DNA of 64,000 nt from Alphaproteobacteria bacterium. GTDB taxonomy: Bacteria; Pseudomonadota; Alphaproteobacteria; Bin95. The position numbers and the translations under genes are program-made. The DNA is taken from assembly GCA_963665325.3 (NCBI GenBank), contig CAXXWS020000003.1:640001-704000 (forward strand), in the 5' to 3' direction. This document shows positions 27,448 through 37,914 of the stretch, in pieces; positions within the stretch are counted from its first letter, which is position 1, and every line of letters begins with the position of its first letter. A model generated the notes under the pieces. That model had not been told where the DNA came from and ran no database searches. It saw only the letters and a program-made list of their open reading frames with translations.

Positions 27448-29433
27448 CTAACCCCCTTGGGCCGTGCGCCGGCGGGCGCGCCGGGCGTATGCGACCACCA
27501 CAGCGAAGATGGCGACCAGCGCCGGGACGAGAGCGATGTTGATGAGTTCCAGCCGCGAGGTCAGCGCCTCGACATCGCGGCGCAGGCGGTGCTGGACATC
27601 GCGAAGTTCGCGGCGCAGGCGGATCACGTCGGCGCGCAGGGTCTTGAGCGAGCTAGTCTGGGCCGTTGTCATCACCACCTGCTCTTCCGACGAAGGATCC
27701 CTCTCGAGCCGGTTCAGCCGCTGCAGCGCCTCCTCCAGACGGTCGAGCAGTTCCTTTTCCTTTGCCCGGTGCTTGCTCTCCGCCTCGCGCCTGATGTCGT
27801 CCACCAGGGTGAAGGGGCGCTGGAAACTGCCGCGCGAACGCAGCGAGACGAGATCGTCCCGCCCGGTCATGTTTTCGACCGCATTCAGGAAGAAGGCCGC
27901 ATTGTCGGCCACCGCCTGGCCGGTGCGCCCGCCGTCCAGCGCGCTCGCGACCATCCACATCGGGTCGGCGAGCATGTCGACATCGGCCACCGCGATGACA
28001 TCCATCGGCGCAGCGGACCGCGCCAGATGAGCCGCCTTCAGGGCTTCCCACGCGGCCCTGGCCTCTTCGTCGACTTCCGGCTCTTCGCCCTCGGCCGCCT
28101 GCTCTCCGTCGTCCTTCGCCTTCGGCTCCGGCGGCCCGTCGGGGAAAGCGCTTTCGACTTCGCCCGAAAGCCTCGCGGCCAGAACCAGCGGTTCCTCGGC
28201 CGGCTTGAAGGCGTGGAGAACGGCGAGCGGATCGACGGGCCCCTGCAACAGCGACACCGGCACGGTGCCGCCGTCCTTCGAGGTGGTCACGAGCGGCGTC
28301 ACCGAGGCGCCGGCGCTGTCGAGCAACCGGAAATGGCCGGGCGAGGCGATGTTCAGGAGCGAGAGATCCGCCGCGATCGAATCCGCGCGCGAGATCCCCC
28401 TCCTGTCGATGCCGAGCCATAGCGGATAGTCCACCGCCATCAGCCGGGTTTGCGACCGGTCGGGCACCTGCACCCGGCGCGCGAGGCTGGAATCGCCCGC
28501 CAGCTCGCCCGCCGGCATCTCTATGCCCCATGCCTCGAACAACCGCCCGAGATTGGAGGCGAAACCGGCTGGCGGCCTCCCGCGGCGGGGATCCTGCACG
28601 TTTTGCGCCTCGCCCTCGGAGTGCGGGTCCACGAAGACGAGCAGCTTGCCGCCGCGCAGGACAAACTGGTCGAGCGCGTAGAGGGTTTCGTCGGTGAGGT
28701 GCTTGGGATGCACGAGCACGACCACATCGATACCCTCCGGCACCGATGTCGCCGTGCTGATGATCTGGCGCACATCCACCGAAGCCAGCAGCAGGTTGTA
28801 GATCGTCCAGGCGTCGTTCTGGCCGCGGCCGGACTGGGACATCGGCGATCCCGCAATCGGCAGGCCGGTAATCAGCCCGACGGCGGGCCGCTCCGGATTG
28901 GCCAGGCTGTGGACGATGCGCGCGATGTCGTATTCGAGGTCGCGCTCGCGGGCCTCGTCGAAGAACGGGATCAGTTCGACATCGTCCGTCGAGTTGGTGC
29001 CGGCGAGGCCGAAAAAGACGCGCTCCCCGGTGCGGTCCACGGGAAGGCCCTGGAGGCCGAAGGCATCGGCCCGGTCCTCGGCGTCGGTGAACGGCTCGGG
29101 ATCGAAGACCTGCAGTTCGATCTTGCCGTCGGAAATGGCGGCGAATTCCTCTAGCAGGTCGCGCACATGGCGCGCATAGACGCCCACCTGCGGGATTTCC
29201 CGCGCGATCCGGCTGGAAAAGTAGAAGCGGAGCACGATCGGCTCGTCGATGCTGCTCGCCACCCGCTTCGAATCCTCCGCAAGCGTGAAGGCGCCCTCTT
29301 CGGTCAGGTCGAGGCGCGCATGGCGCAACAGCCGGTCCGTCAGGGTGACCCCCGCCAGGAACAATATCGCCAGCAGGACCAACGCCAGCCTGGCGAACAG
29401 GCCGCGTTGCCGGGAACGCTCCATCGCCGCCAT
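27448..29433 (-). CDS. GldG-like ABC transporter auxiliary component
   Basis: RLDLTE...FTL, DPEPF, LEYDI and YALDQFVLRGGK, with N- and C-terminal TMs. Confidence 0.85.
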   Translation of the reverse strand: MAAMERSRQRGLFARLALVLLAILFLAGVTLTDRLLRHARLDLTEEGAFTLAEDSKRVASSIDEPIVLRFYFSSRIAREIPQVGVYARHVRDLLEEFAAISDGKIELQVFDPEPFTDAEDRADAFGLQGLPVDRTGERVFFGLAGTNSTDDVELIPFFDEARERDLEYDIARIVHSLANPERPAVGLITGLPIAGSPMSQSGRGQNDAWTIYNLLLASVDVRQIISTATSVPEGIDVVVLVHPKHLTDETLYALDQFVLRGGKLLVFVDPHSEGEAQNVQDPRRGRPPAGFASNLGRLFEAWGIEMPAGELAGDSSLARRVQVPDRSQTRLMAVDYPLWLGIDRRGISRADSIAADLSLLNIASPGHFRLLDSAGASVTPLVTTSKDGGTVPVSLLQGPVDPLAVLHAFKPAEEPLVLAARLSGEVESAFPDGPPEPKAKDDGEQAAEGEEPEVDEEARAAWEALKAAHLARSAAPMDVIAVADVDMLADPMWMVASALDGGRTGQAVADNAAFFLNAVENMTGRDDLVSLRSRGSFQRPFTLVDDIRREAESKHRAKEKELLDRLEEALQRLNRLERDPSSEEQVVMTTAQTSSLKTLRADVIRLRRELRDVQHRLRRDVEALTSRLELINIALVPALVAIFAVVVAYARRARRRTAQGG

Positions 29434-29437
29434 CGCC

Positions 29438-30172
29438 TCAGTCCGCCTTCTTCAGATCGACCGTTATGGCGGCCGCGGCCAGCCAGATGCCGATTGCGAG
29501 CGCGTAATAGACGAGGTCCCTGAGGTCGATTACGCCTTTGACGATATTGTTGAAGTGGCTGAGCAGGCTGAACGAGGCGAGCGTTTCCAGAAGTTCCGCC
29601 GGAACCGCGTCTCCCAGGACAGGCCGCACGACTCCGGCGCCCAGCACATTGAACAGGAAACACACGGTCACGGTCAGCACGAAGGCGATCACCTGGTTCC
29701 GGGTGAGCGCGGAGAGGCACGAACCGATGGCGAGATAGGCGCCGGCCATCAGGAAGGAGCCGATATAGCTGGCCGCGACGACCCCGTTGTCCGGCTCCCC
29801 CAGATAGTTGACCGTGAGCCAGATCGGGAAGGTCAGCGCCAGCGCCAGCCCCGCGAACATCCACGCCGCCAGGAACTTTCCGACCACGGCTGCAGCGGTC
29901 GAGACCGGCAGGGTCAGGAACAGTTCGATCGTGCCGGTCTTGCGCTCCTCGGACCACAGCCGCATCGAAATCGCCGGCATGAAGAAGAGGTAGAGCCAGG
30001 GGTGCCACTGGAAGAATGACAGCAGGTCCGCCCGACCGCGCTCGAAGAAGGCGCCGACATAGAAGGTCAGCGCCGCCGCCAGCGCCAGGAAGAGGACAAT
30101 GAACACATAGGCGACCGGCGTGATGAAATAGCCGGCGAACTCCCGCCGGAACACATGGGCGACGCTAGACAT
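29438..30172 (-). CDS. ABC-2 permease (GldF-like)
   Basis: REFAGYF.TP.AY, PAISMRLWSEERKTGTIE and GKFLA; six TM segments. Confidence 0.9.
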   Translation of the reverse strand: MSSVAHVFRREFAGYFITPVAYVFIVLFLALAAALTFYVGAFFERGRADLLSFFQWHPWLYLFFMPAISMRLWSEERKTGTIELFLTLPVSTAAAVVGKFLAAWMFAGLALALTFPIWLTVNYLGEPDNGVVAASYIGSFLMAGAYLAIGSCLSALTRNQVIAFVLTVTVCFLFNVLGAGVVRPVLGDAVPAELLETLASFSLLSHFNNIVKGVIDLRDLVYYALAIGIWLAAAAITVDLKKAD

Positions 30173-31130
30173 GCTCAGGCGCCTCCCCTTCGGGCTGCGT
30201 CATGCGCCGGAAGACGTCGTCGAGCGCCCCGGTCTCCGTCCGTAGGTCGTTCACCTCCCAGCCGTGGGCCTGAATCAGCAGCCCGACATCCGCAAGGATG
30301 GGCCCGCCGTCGCGGGAGAGCGCCGTAAGGCGCACGGCGTCGGGGTCCGCCTGCCTGCGTTCTACCGCCTCCACCCGGTCCAGACCCTCGAGCGAGGCGG
30401 CGGCAGCATCGGCGAACCGGGCGCCGAGCGTCAGCGAAACGGCGTTGTGCAGCGGCGACCAGGCGGCGAGGTCCGCGGGCGCGGCATCCGCCAGCAGCCG
30501 GCCCCCGGCGATGATTGCCGCCCTGGTGCAGACGGCATCGACCTCCTCGAGGATGTGGGTCGAGATCACGATGGCCTTGGAGGGGCGGATTTCGCGGATG
30601 AGCGCGCGCATTTCGTGTTTCTGGTTGGGGTCCAGCCCGTCGGTCGGCTCGTCCAGGATCAGCACCGGCGGGTCGTGCAGCAGCGCCTGGGCGAGGCCGA
30701 CACGGCGCTTGAAGCCCTTGGAAAGCGTATCGATGGGCTGGGCCAGCACCTCGGCGAGGGCGGTGCGCTCGACGGCCAGCCCAATGGCAGCCCGGCCCCG
30801 CCGGCCCGAGAGGCCCCGCATGGCGGCCACGAAGGCGAGAAAGGCGCCGGCGGTCATGTCGCCGTACAGCGGCGCGCCTTCCGGCAGGTAGCCCAGATTG
30901 CGCTTGGCCGGAATCGGGTGTTCAGTCACGTCGTGGCCGCAAATTGCCGCGCGGCCCTCGGTCGGCGCAAGGAACCCCGCGATCATCTTCATCGTCGTGG
31001 ACTTGCCCGCGCCGTTGGGTCCGAGAAAGCCGAGCACTTCGCCCGCGCCCACCTCTAGGTCCACGCGGTCCACGGCCACATGCGCATCGAAGCGCTTTGT
31101 CAGACCCTGTGCGGCAACCAGCGCCAACAT
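30165..31130 (-). CDS. ABC transporter ATP-binding protein (GldA-like)
   Basis: GPNGAGKST, LSKGFKRRVG and LDEPTDGLDPNQ motifs. Confidence 0.92.
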   Translation of the reverse strand: MLALVAAQGLTKRFDAHVAVDRVDLEVGAGEVLGFLGPNGAGKSTTMKMIAGFLAPTEGRAAICGHDVTEHPIPAKRNLGYLPEGAPLYGDMTAGAFLAFVAAMRGLSGRRGRAAIGLAVERTALAEVLAQPIDTLSKGFKRRVGLAQALLHDPPVLILDEPTDGLDPNQKHEMRALIREIRPSKAIVISTHILEEVDAVCTRAAIIAGGRLLADAAPADLAAWSPLHNAVSLTLGARFADAAAASLEGLDRVEAVERRQADPDAVRLTALSRDGGPILADVGLLIQAHGWEVNDLRTETGALDDVFRRMTQPEGEAPEHV

Positions 31131-31256
31131 TCCATTCCCAATCCCGGCGGCCCCTCTGCGGGCCGCTCCGGCCGGCGCGGGAGATACCCAACCGCACCGC
31201 GACGCGCTACTTAACTATTGGTAAGGTTCCGCCCCCCAAGACCGGATCCTCATGCC

Positions 31257-32678
31257 ATGTCCGACGAACTTTACCGACTGACGGCCCGCGAAACGATCAC
31301 GAGGCTCAAGGCCGGCGAAATCACGCCGCTCGACGCCATCGACGCCGCGCTGGCGCGTATAGAGGCGGTTGACGGCCGGGTCAATGCGCTGCCGACGCTC
31401 GTCCCGGAACGCGCGCGCGACCGGGCCCGCAAGCTGATGGAGCGCCCGCCTGCCGAACGCGGCCTGCTGGCCGGCCTGCCGGTGGCTATCAAGGACCTGA
31501 ACCCGGTCGAGGGCGTGCGCACCACATACGGCTCGCCGATCTATGCGGACCATGTGCCGGACGCCTCGGACATCGCAGTGCTGCGGATCGAGGCCGCGGG
31601 CGGTATCGTGCTCGCGAAATCGAACACGCCCGAATTCGGCGCCGGCGGGCAGACCTTCAACGAGGTGTTCGGCGCGACCCGCAACCCCTGGAACACCTCG
31701 CTCACCTGCGCAGGCTCCTCGGGCGGTGCCGCGGTGGCGCTCGCCACGGGCCAGGTGTGGCTCGCGCACGGATCGGACCTCGGCGGCAGCCTCCGCACCC
31801 CGGGCGCCTTCTGCTCGGTGGTCGGCCTGCGTCCGTCGCCCGGCCGCGTGCCCAGGGGGCCTTCCGACGGCAGCTTCAACTACCTCTCCGTGAACGGCCC
31901 GATGGCGCGCAATGTCGCGGACGCCGCCCTGTTCCTGGATGTCATGGCCGGCCTCGATCCGCGCGACCCCCTGTCCTGGCCTGCCCCTTCCGTACCCTAC
32001 CGCGACGCCGTCGCCGCGCCGGCCAGGCCTCGCCGCATTGCGTTCAGCCCCGATCTCGGCTTCATGCCGGTCGATCCGGAAGTGCGGGACATCTGCGCCC
32101 GCGCCATGGCCCAATTCGAGACGATGGGCGTGGCCGTGGAGGAACGCACACCCGACTTCTCCGGAGCGATGGATGCGTTCCACACCTTCCGCGCCGTCCT
32201 GTTCGTCACCGACCATGCGGAGCGGATGAGGGCGCATCGCGACAAGTTCAAACCGGAGATCCTCTGGAATTACGACAAGGGGCAGGCCCTCACGGCCGGG
32301 GACATCGCCCGCGCCGAGTCCACTCGTGTTGCGCTCTTCGAGCGAATGGCGGATTTCTTCGGGGAGTTCGACCTGCTCGCCTGCCCGACGGCGGCGGTGC
32401 CGCCCTATTCGGTGGACCAGCGCTATGTGGACCGGATCGGCGACACAGTGTTCGACAACTATGTGGACTGGATGGGCCTGCAATGCGCGGTCACGGTCAC
32501 ATCTTCGCCCGCGATCAGCATTCCCTGCGGTTTCACCGCGGACGGACGCCCTGTCGGCCTGCAACTGGTCGCCCGGCCGCGCGGCGAGGCGGAGCTGCTC
32601 CAGGCGGCGGCGCTGTTCGAGCAGGCGGCCGGCCTCGACCGCCTGCTACCCATCGACCCGAGGGACCCTGCTTCCTGA
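31257..32678 (+). CDS. Amidase signature family protein
   Basis: IKDL, GSSGGAA and GSDLGGSLRTP motifs. Confidence 0.92.
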   Translation: MSDELYRLTARETITRLKAGEITPLDAIDAALARIEAVDGRVNALPTLVPERARDRARKLMERPPAERGLLAGLPVAIKDLNPVEGVRTTYGSPIYADHVPDASDIAVLRIEAAGGIVLAKSNTPEFGAGGQTFNEVFGATRNPWNTSLTCAGSSGGAAVALATGQVWLAHGSDLGGSLRTPGAFCSVVGLRPSPGRVPRGPSDGSFNYLSVNGPMARNVADAALFLDVMAGLDPRDPLSWPAPSVPYRDAVAAPARPRRIAFSPDLGFMPVDPEVRDICARAMAQFETMGVAVEERTPDFSGAMDAFHTFRAVLFVTDHAERMRAHRDKFKPEILWNYDKGQALTAGDIARAESTRVALFERMADFFGEFDLLACPTAAVPPYSVDQRYVDRIGDTVFDNYVDWMGLQCAVTVTSSPAISIPCGFTADGRPVGLQLVARPRGEAELLQAAALFEQAAGLDRLLPIDPRDPAS

Positions 32679-32690
32679 GGCGCTGTCCCG

Positions 32691-33071
32691 TCAGGGAAGG
32701 ACTTCGATGGAATCGACTTTCCCGACATAGAAGGCGGCATGGCCGGCGATGGCCGCGCATTCGTCGTACGGTTCGGGATAGCTCCAGACCGCATCCTCGG
32801 CGATCCGATCGTCCACCGCGAGCGTGCGATAGCGGGCGTCGCCCTTGAATGGGCAGTGGCTCGTCCGCTCGCTGGGCCGCATCAGGTCGAGGTTCAGGTC
32901 GGCCTCGGGGATGTAGTGGACCGGCGGATAGCCGCTCTCGCGCATGAGCAGCGCCCGGCGGCTCTCGGCCACGGTCTGGCCGGCGAAGGTCACCACGACC
33001 CGGCCTTCGGCGGGCCCGATGTCTACGCGGTGGTCGGGACGCTTGCGGAAACCTGGGGCGGGGTTGGGCAT
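32691..33071 (-). CDS. DUF427 domain protein
   Basis: HCPFKGDA, AVWSYPEP and IAGHAAFY; ATG 33071 within the long track ORF. Confidence 0.88.
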   Translation of the reverse strand: MPNPAPGFRKRPDHRVDIGPAEGRVVVTFAGQTVAESRRALLMRESGYPPVHYIPEADLNLDLMRPSERTSHCPFKGDARYRTLAVDDRIAEDAVWSYPEPYDECAAIAGHAAFYVGKVDSIEVLP

Positions 33072-33079
33072 GGCGTTGT

Positions 33080-33721
33080 TCACCTTTCTCCCCTGAGGGC
33101 GTTTACGAAGTCGGTCAGGCCCGTCTGCCGTGTGCGCCGTCGCCTCTCGGCGTGGAGAATGCTGCGCACCTCGGCAATACTGGCCTCCAGGTCGCTGTTG
33201 ATGACGACATAGTCGTATTCCGCGTAGTGGCTCACCTCGTCGAGCGCCTTCGCCATACGCGCGCGGACGACCTCTGCGCTGTCCTGGGCGCGGGTGTGCA
33301 GGCGTCGTTCCAGTTCCTCTATGGAAGGTGGCAGCACGAAAACGCCGACCAGGTCCGTCCGGGCCTTCTCGGCAATCTGCTGCGCGCCCTGCCAGTCGAT
33401 GTCGAACAGCATGTCGCGCCCTTCCTCCAGCGCCGCTTCGACAGGCGCGCGCGGCGTGCCGTAGCGGTGCCCGAAGACATCCGCATGTTCGAGGAACGCG
33501 CCCGCCTCGACCATTGCCCGGAACCTGACGTCGTCCACAAAAAAGTAGTCGCGGCCGTCCACCTCGCCCCTGCGGGGCCGCCGGGTCGTGGCGCTTACCG
33601 AGAGCGTGATGTTCTGCTCCCTTTCCAGCACAGCGCGGCTGATCGTGCTCTTGCCGGCCCCGGAGGGCGAGGACAGCACCAGCATCAGGCCGCGCGTTGC
33701 AACGGGTCGGAGCGGCTTCAT
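33080..33721 (-). CDS. gmk: Guanylate kinase
   Basis: SSPSGAGKST, SATTR.PR.GE, YGT and DIDWQGA motifs. Confidence 0.97.
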   Translation of the reverse strand: MKPLRPVATRGLMLVLSSPSGAGKSTISRAVLEREQNITLSVSATTRRPRRGEVDGRDYFFVDDVRFRAMVEAGAFLEHADVFGHRYGTPRAPVEAALEEGRDMLFDIDWQGAQQIAEKARTDLVGVFVLPPSIEELERRLHTRAQDSAEVVRARMAKALDEVSHYAEYDYVVINSDLEASIAEVRSILHAERRRRTRQTGLTDFVNALRGER

Positions 33722-34557
33722 TCGATGTTCCGCGCCTGCTCGCGGAAGGCTTCCAGAACGGACTTGAGGTCCAGCACCGTGCGCGTGAGATCCAGGTCTG
33801 CCGACTTGGAACCGAGCGTATTCGCCTCGCGGTGAATTTCCTGGCAGAGGAAGTCGAGCTTGCGTCCGACCGCCTCCCCGGACGCGAGCAGGGCCGCGGC
33901 CGCCTCCAGATGCGCGTCGAGCCGGTCGAGTTCCTCGCGGACATCCGCCTTCCCGGCAAGCAGCGCCACTTCCTGGGCAAGTCGTTCCTCAGGAAGGTCG
34001 GCGTCCAGCGCAGCGACGGCCGCGGCAAACCTGTCCCGCAGAGCCGCCGGTTGGGTCGCCGCCGTGTCCCGCGCCGTCCGGGCCTGCTCCCGCATGGAGA
34101 GGAGATGCGCGTCGAGCGCCGCGCCGAGCGCCCGGCCCTCCGCGCGCCGCGCCTCCAGAAGCCCGTCCAGCGCCTCCTCCAGGGTCGCAAGCAGCGCCGC
34201 TTCATCCCGCTCCTCGGCCCCCGGATCGGCCGCTTCGATGACGCCGCGCAGCGCCATCAGCCCTGCGATGTTCCCGCCTCCCCGCCGGCCCGCGACATCT
34301 GCCAATTCGTCGAGCCACTCTTCGTCCACCCGGTAGCGCTGCCGGCCCGACGCCTGTTCGAAGCGCAGTTCCAGCGTGATGCTGCCGCGCGCGAACCGGG
34401 CCTGCACCGCCTGGCGGACTTGCGGCTCCAGCCCGTCCCAACCGGAAGGCAGGCGCAGGCGCAGGTCGAGGCCGCGATGGTTGACCGAACGGGCCTCCCA
34501 GCTCCAGTCGGGCCCGGCCGCCGAGGCGAAACCGGTCATGGATGAGAGCGGCGTCAC
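33718..34557 (-). CDS. yicC: YicC/YloC family endoribonuclease
   Basis: SMTGFA, RSVNHRGLD, EELDRL and GRKLDFLCQE..REANTLGSK...REQ..NIE. GTG start overlaps mltG stop. Confidence 0.93.
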   Translation of the reverse strand: MTPLSSMTGFASAAGPDWSWEARSVNHRGLDLRLRLPSGWDGLEPQVRQAVQARFARGSITLELRFEQASGRQRYRVDEEWLDELADVAGRRGGGNIAGLMALRGVIEAADPGAEERDEAALLATLEEALDGLLEARRAEGRALGAALDAHLLSMREQARTARDTAATQPAALRDRFAAAVAALDADLPEERLAQEVALLAGKADVREELDRLDAHLEAAAALLASGEAVGRKLDFLCQEIHREANTLGSKSADLDLTRTVLDLKSVLEAFREQARNIE

Positions 34558-35528
34558 TGCAAGGGCCTCGACAGCCTGCGGTAGCGGGCCACGTTCCGGT
34601 TGTGCTCGCGAAGAGTGCGCGCGAACCGGTGGCCTCCGGCGCCGTCGGCGACGAAATAGAGCGCATCCGTCCCGGCCGGCCGGGCCGCAGCCTTCAGGGC
34701 CGCACGGCCGGGGTTGGCGATCGGCCCGGGGGGCAGTCCGCGGATGCGGTAGGTGTTGTAAGGGTGGTCCACACGCAGGTCGGCGCGGGTGAGCGGGCGG
34801 CCCAACTCCCGCCTGCCGCCTGTCAGAGCATAGATGACGGTCGGGTCGGTCTGGAGGCGCATGCCGCGTTTCAGGCGGTTGACGAACACGCCTGCGATCT
34901 CGGCGCGCTCTCCCGAAACGCCGGTTTCCTTCTCGACGATCGAGGCGAGCGTGAGCAGTTCGGCCTCGCTCTTCAGCGGCGAACCCGCCGGCCGTTCGCG
35001 GAACAGTCCCGCAAGCGCCTTGTCCATGGCGCGCTGCATGCGGGCGACCAGGTCCGCGCGGCTGTCTCCATGGCTGTAGTGGTAGGTCTCCGGCAGCAGC
35101 CGCCCCTCGCCGGGATCGGGTGGCTCGCCGACCAGCGCCTCGGCGCCCCGCACCAGATCGAGCACCGCCGAGGTCGTGAGCCCTTCGGGCACCGTCAGCC
35201 GGCGCACGACCGTCCGGCCCGCCACCAGCAAATCGCGAACCGACGCGGCGCTGACCGCAGCGGGGAAGGCGTATTCGCCGGCCTTCAGGCGGTGCTGCGC
35301 GCCGTCCACGATCACGAAGAACCGAAACGCCAGCGGACTGCGCAGCACCCCCCGTTCGGTGAGCAACTCCGCCAGCGGTGCGAGGCCAGCGCCTTTCGGC
35401 ACGACGATCCGGCGCTCCTCGTCGAGCGGGCCGGGCGCATGGAAATCCTCCCACGCACGCAACGCGAACCCGGCGGCTGCCGCCGACAACAGTGCCAGAA
35501 AGACGCCGACAAGCCGACGGCGGCGCAT
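34554..35528 (-). CDS. mltG: Endolytic transglycosylase MltG
   Basis: LASIVEKET, VFVNRL..GMRLQTDPTV and GLPPGPIANPG; follows fabF. Confidence 0.96.
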   Translation of the reverse strand: MRRRRLVGVFLALLSAAAAGFALRAWEDFHAPGPLDEERRIVVPKGAGLAPLAELLTERGVLRSPLAFRFFVIVDGAQHRLKAGEYAFPAAVSAASVRDLLVAGRTVVRRLTVPEGLTTSAVLDLVRGAEALVGEPPDPGEGRLLPETYHYSHGDSRADLVARMQRAMDKALAGLFRERPAGSPLKSEAELLTLASIVEKETGVSGERAEIAGVFVNRLKRGMRLQTDPTVIYALTGGRRELGRPLTRADLRVDHPYNTYRIRGLPPGPIANPGRAALKAAARPAGTDALYFVADGAGGHRFARTLREHNRNVARYRRLSRPLQ

Positions 35529-35534
35529 GCAGGC

Positions 35535-36797
35535 TCAGGGCGCGCCGGAGAAGACCAGCGACGTGTTGGTGCCGCCGAACCCGAAGGAGTTCGAAACCGC
35601 ATGGTCGATCCTGCGTTCCTTCGCCGCACCGGGCACGAGGTCGAGGTCGCAGCCTTCCGACGGGTCTTCGAGATTGAGCGTCGGCGGCGCGATACCGCAC
35701 TGCACGGCCTTGATGGTGAAGATTGCCTCGATGGCCCCGGCCGCGCCGAGCAGATGGCCGTGCGCCGACTTGGTGGACGACATCGACAGCCGGTAGGCGT
35801 GGTCGCCGAACAGCCGCTTCACGGCCCCGAGCTCGATCTCGTCGCCGAGCGGCGTCGAGGTCCCGTGGGCGTTGATGTAGTCGATGCTGTCAGGATCGAG
35901 CCGGGCCCGCTTGAGCGCCGCCTCCATGGCGCGGTAGCCGCCGTCGCCGTCGGCCGCCGGGGCGGTAATGTGGTGGGCGTCGCCGGAGAGGCCGTAGCCG
36001 ACGACCTCGGCATAGATCCGGGCCCCGCGCGCCTTGGCGTGCTCATACTCCTCCAGCACGACGCAGCCCGCGCCCTCGCCCATGACGAAACCGTCGCGCT
36101 CCTTGTCCCACGGCCGGGACGCGCGCTGCGGCTCGTCGTTGAAATTGGTCGAAAGCGCCCGCGAGGCGGCGAAACCGGCGATGCCGAGACGGCAGATCGC
36201 GGCTTCCGCCCCGCCGGCTACCATGACATCGGCATCGTCCAGGGCGATCAGGCGTGCCGCGTCGCCGATGGCATGGGCGGCCGTGGCGCAAGCCGTGACG
36301 ACCGAATGGTTCGGGCCCTTGAAGCCGTATTTGATCGAAACCTGGCCGGAAACGAGATTGATGAGCGCGGAGGGGATGAAGAAGGGGCTGATTCGCCGGG
36401 GGCCGCGTTCCTGGAGCAGGATCGAGGCGTCGTGGATGGTCTGCAACCCGCCGATGCCGGAGCCGATCATGACGCCGCTGCGGTTGCGGTCCTCGTCGTC
36501 CTCCGGCTCCCAGCCCGAATCCTCGACCGCCTGGTCCGCCGCGACCATGCCGTAGACGATGAACGGGTCCAGCTTGCGGCGGTCCCTGGCGGGCAGCCAC
36601 TCATCGGGATCCCAGTAGCCGTCCTCGCGGCTTCCCGCCGGCAAATTCGCGGCGATCCGGCAGGGCAGGTCGGATACGTCGAAGGACTCGATGGGACCGA
36701 TGCCGGACTCGCCTGCGACCAGTCTTTTCCAGGAAGGCTCGACGCCGACTCCCATCGGCGAAACCAGCCCCATCCCGGTGACCACGACACGGCGCAT
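35535..36797 (-). CDS. fabF: 3-oxoacyl-ACP synthase II
   Basis: TACAT, INAHGTSTPLGD, GHLLGAAG and SNSFGFGG motifs. Confidence 0.97.
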   Translation of the reverse strand: MRRVVVTGMGLVSPMGVGVEPSWKRLVAGESGIGPIESFDVSDLPCRIAANLPAGSREDGYWDPDEWLPARDRRKLDPFIVYGMVAADQAVEDSGWEPEDDEDRNRSGVMIGSGIGGLQTIHDASILLQERGPRRISPFFIPSALINLVSGQVSIKYGFKGPNHSVVTACATAAHAIGDAARLIALDDADVMVAGGAEAAICRLGIAGFAASRALSTNFNDEPQRASRPWDKERDGFVMGEGAGCVVLEEYEHAKARGARIYAEVVGYGLSGDAHHITAPAADGDGGYRAMEAALKRARLDPDSIDYINAHGTSTPLGDEIELGAVKRLFGDHAYRLSMSSTKSAHGHLLGAAGAIEAIFTIKAVQCGIAPPTLNLEDPSEGCDLDLVPGAAKERRIDHAVSNSFGFGGTNTSLVFSGAP

Positions 36798-36817
36798 GCC
36801 GTTTCTCCCCGGCAGCG

Positions 36818-37051
36818 TCAGGCGTTTTCGTTGATGTAGTCGATCGCGTTCTTGACCGTCACGATCTTCTCGGCGGCATCGTCGGGAATCTCGACGCCGA
36901 ACTCCTCCTCGAACGCCATGACCAGTTCCACCGTATCGAGGCTGTCCGCGCCCAGGTCATCGATAAAGCTCGCCCCTTCCACGACCTTGCCCTCGTCGAC
37001 GCCGAGATGTTCCACGACGATTTTCTTCACGCGATCGGCGATATCGCTCAT
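36818..37051 (-). CDS. acpP: Acyl carrier protein
   Basis: [20 protein letters not shown]. Confidence 0.98.
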   Translation of the reverse strand: MSDIADRVKKIVVEHLGVDEGKVVEGASFIDDLGADSLDTVELVMAFEEEFGVEIPDDAAEKIVTVKNAIDYINENA

Positions 37052-37159
37052 CTAATCTTTACCCTTCGGATTGTTTGCAGGCTTGCCGCACCGGCGTTGA
37101 GGCCCCCAATATGCGGACACGGCTCTTAGCACAGCCCGCACGGGCGGGCCAGAGCCGCG

Positions 37160-37894
37160 TCATATCATCGCCATGCCGCCATTTACGTGCAAGGTATGAC
37201 CGGTGACATAGGCCGCTTCGTCGCTGGCGAGGAAGACCGCGGCGGCGGCAACGTCTTCGGGAAGGCCGAAACGCCCGGCCGGCACCCGGTCGAGCGCCGC
37301 ATCCCGCTGTTTCTCGTTCAGGTCCTGCGTCATGGCGGTGTCGATGAAGCCGGGCGCAATGCAGTTGACCGTCACGCCGCGCCCCGCGACCTCGGCGGCA
37401 ACGGCCTTGGTCATGCCGATCATGCCGGCCTTCGATGCCGCGTAGTTCGCCTGCCCCGGATTGCCGGTGACGCCGACCACGGAGGACACCGCGATAATGC
37501 GTCCGTTCCGCCGGCGCATCATGCCGCGCAGCGCCGCGCGGGCGAGGCGAAAGCCGGCGGTCAGGTTGATGTCCAGAACCGTCTGCCAGTCCTCGTCGCG
37601 CATGCGCAGGAAGAGGCCGTCGCGCGTGACGCCGGCATTGCTGACCAGGATGTCGAGCGGCCCCAGCGCCTCTTCGGCCCGGGCGACCAGGCCGTTCACA
37701 GCCTCCGGGTCGGCGAGGTTGCAAGGCAGGACGGCAGCGCCCTCGATTTCGCCGGCGAGCGCCTCCAGCGCGGCTTCGCGGGTGCCGGAAAGGCCGACCC
37801 GGGCGCCCTGCTCGGCGAGCGCCCGCGCGATGGCGGCGCCGATGCCGCCCGAGGCGCCGGTGACCAGCGCCGTTCTGTCCCGGAGATCGAACAT
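37160..37894 (-). CDS. fabG: 3-oxoacyl-ACP reductase
   Basis: MFDL..TGASGGIG, NAGVTRD, GNPGQANYAASKAG and HVNGGM; adjacent to acpP. Confidence 0.95.
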   Translation of the reverse strand: MFDLRDRTALVTGASGGIGAAIARALAEQGARVGLSGTREAALEALAGEIEGAAVLPCNLADPEAVNGLVARAEEALGPLDILVSNAGVTRDGLFLRMRDEDWQTVLDINLTAGFRLARAALRGMMRRRNGRIIAVSSVVGVTGNPGQANYAASKAGMIGMTKAVAAEVAGRGVTVNCIAPGFIDTAMTQDLNEKQRDAALDRVPAGRFGLPEDVAAAAVFLASDEAAYVTGHTLHVNGGMAMI

Positions 37895-37914
37895 GGGTTG
37901 CGCGGCCGCCTTTC

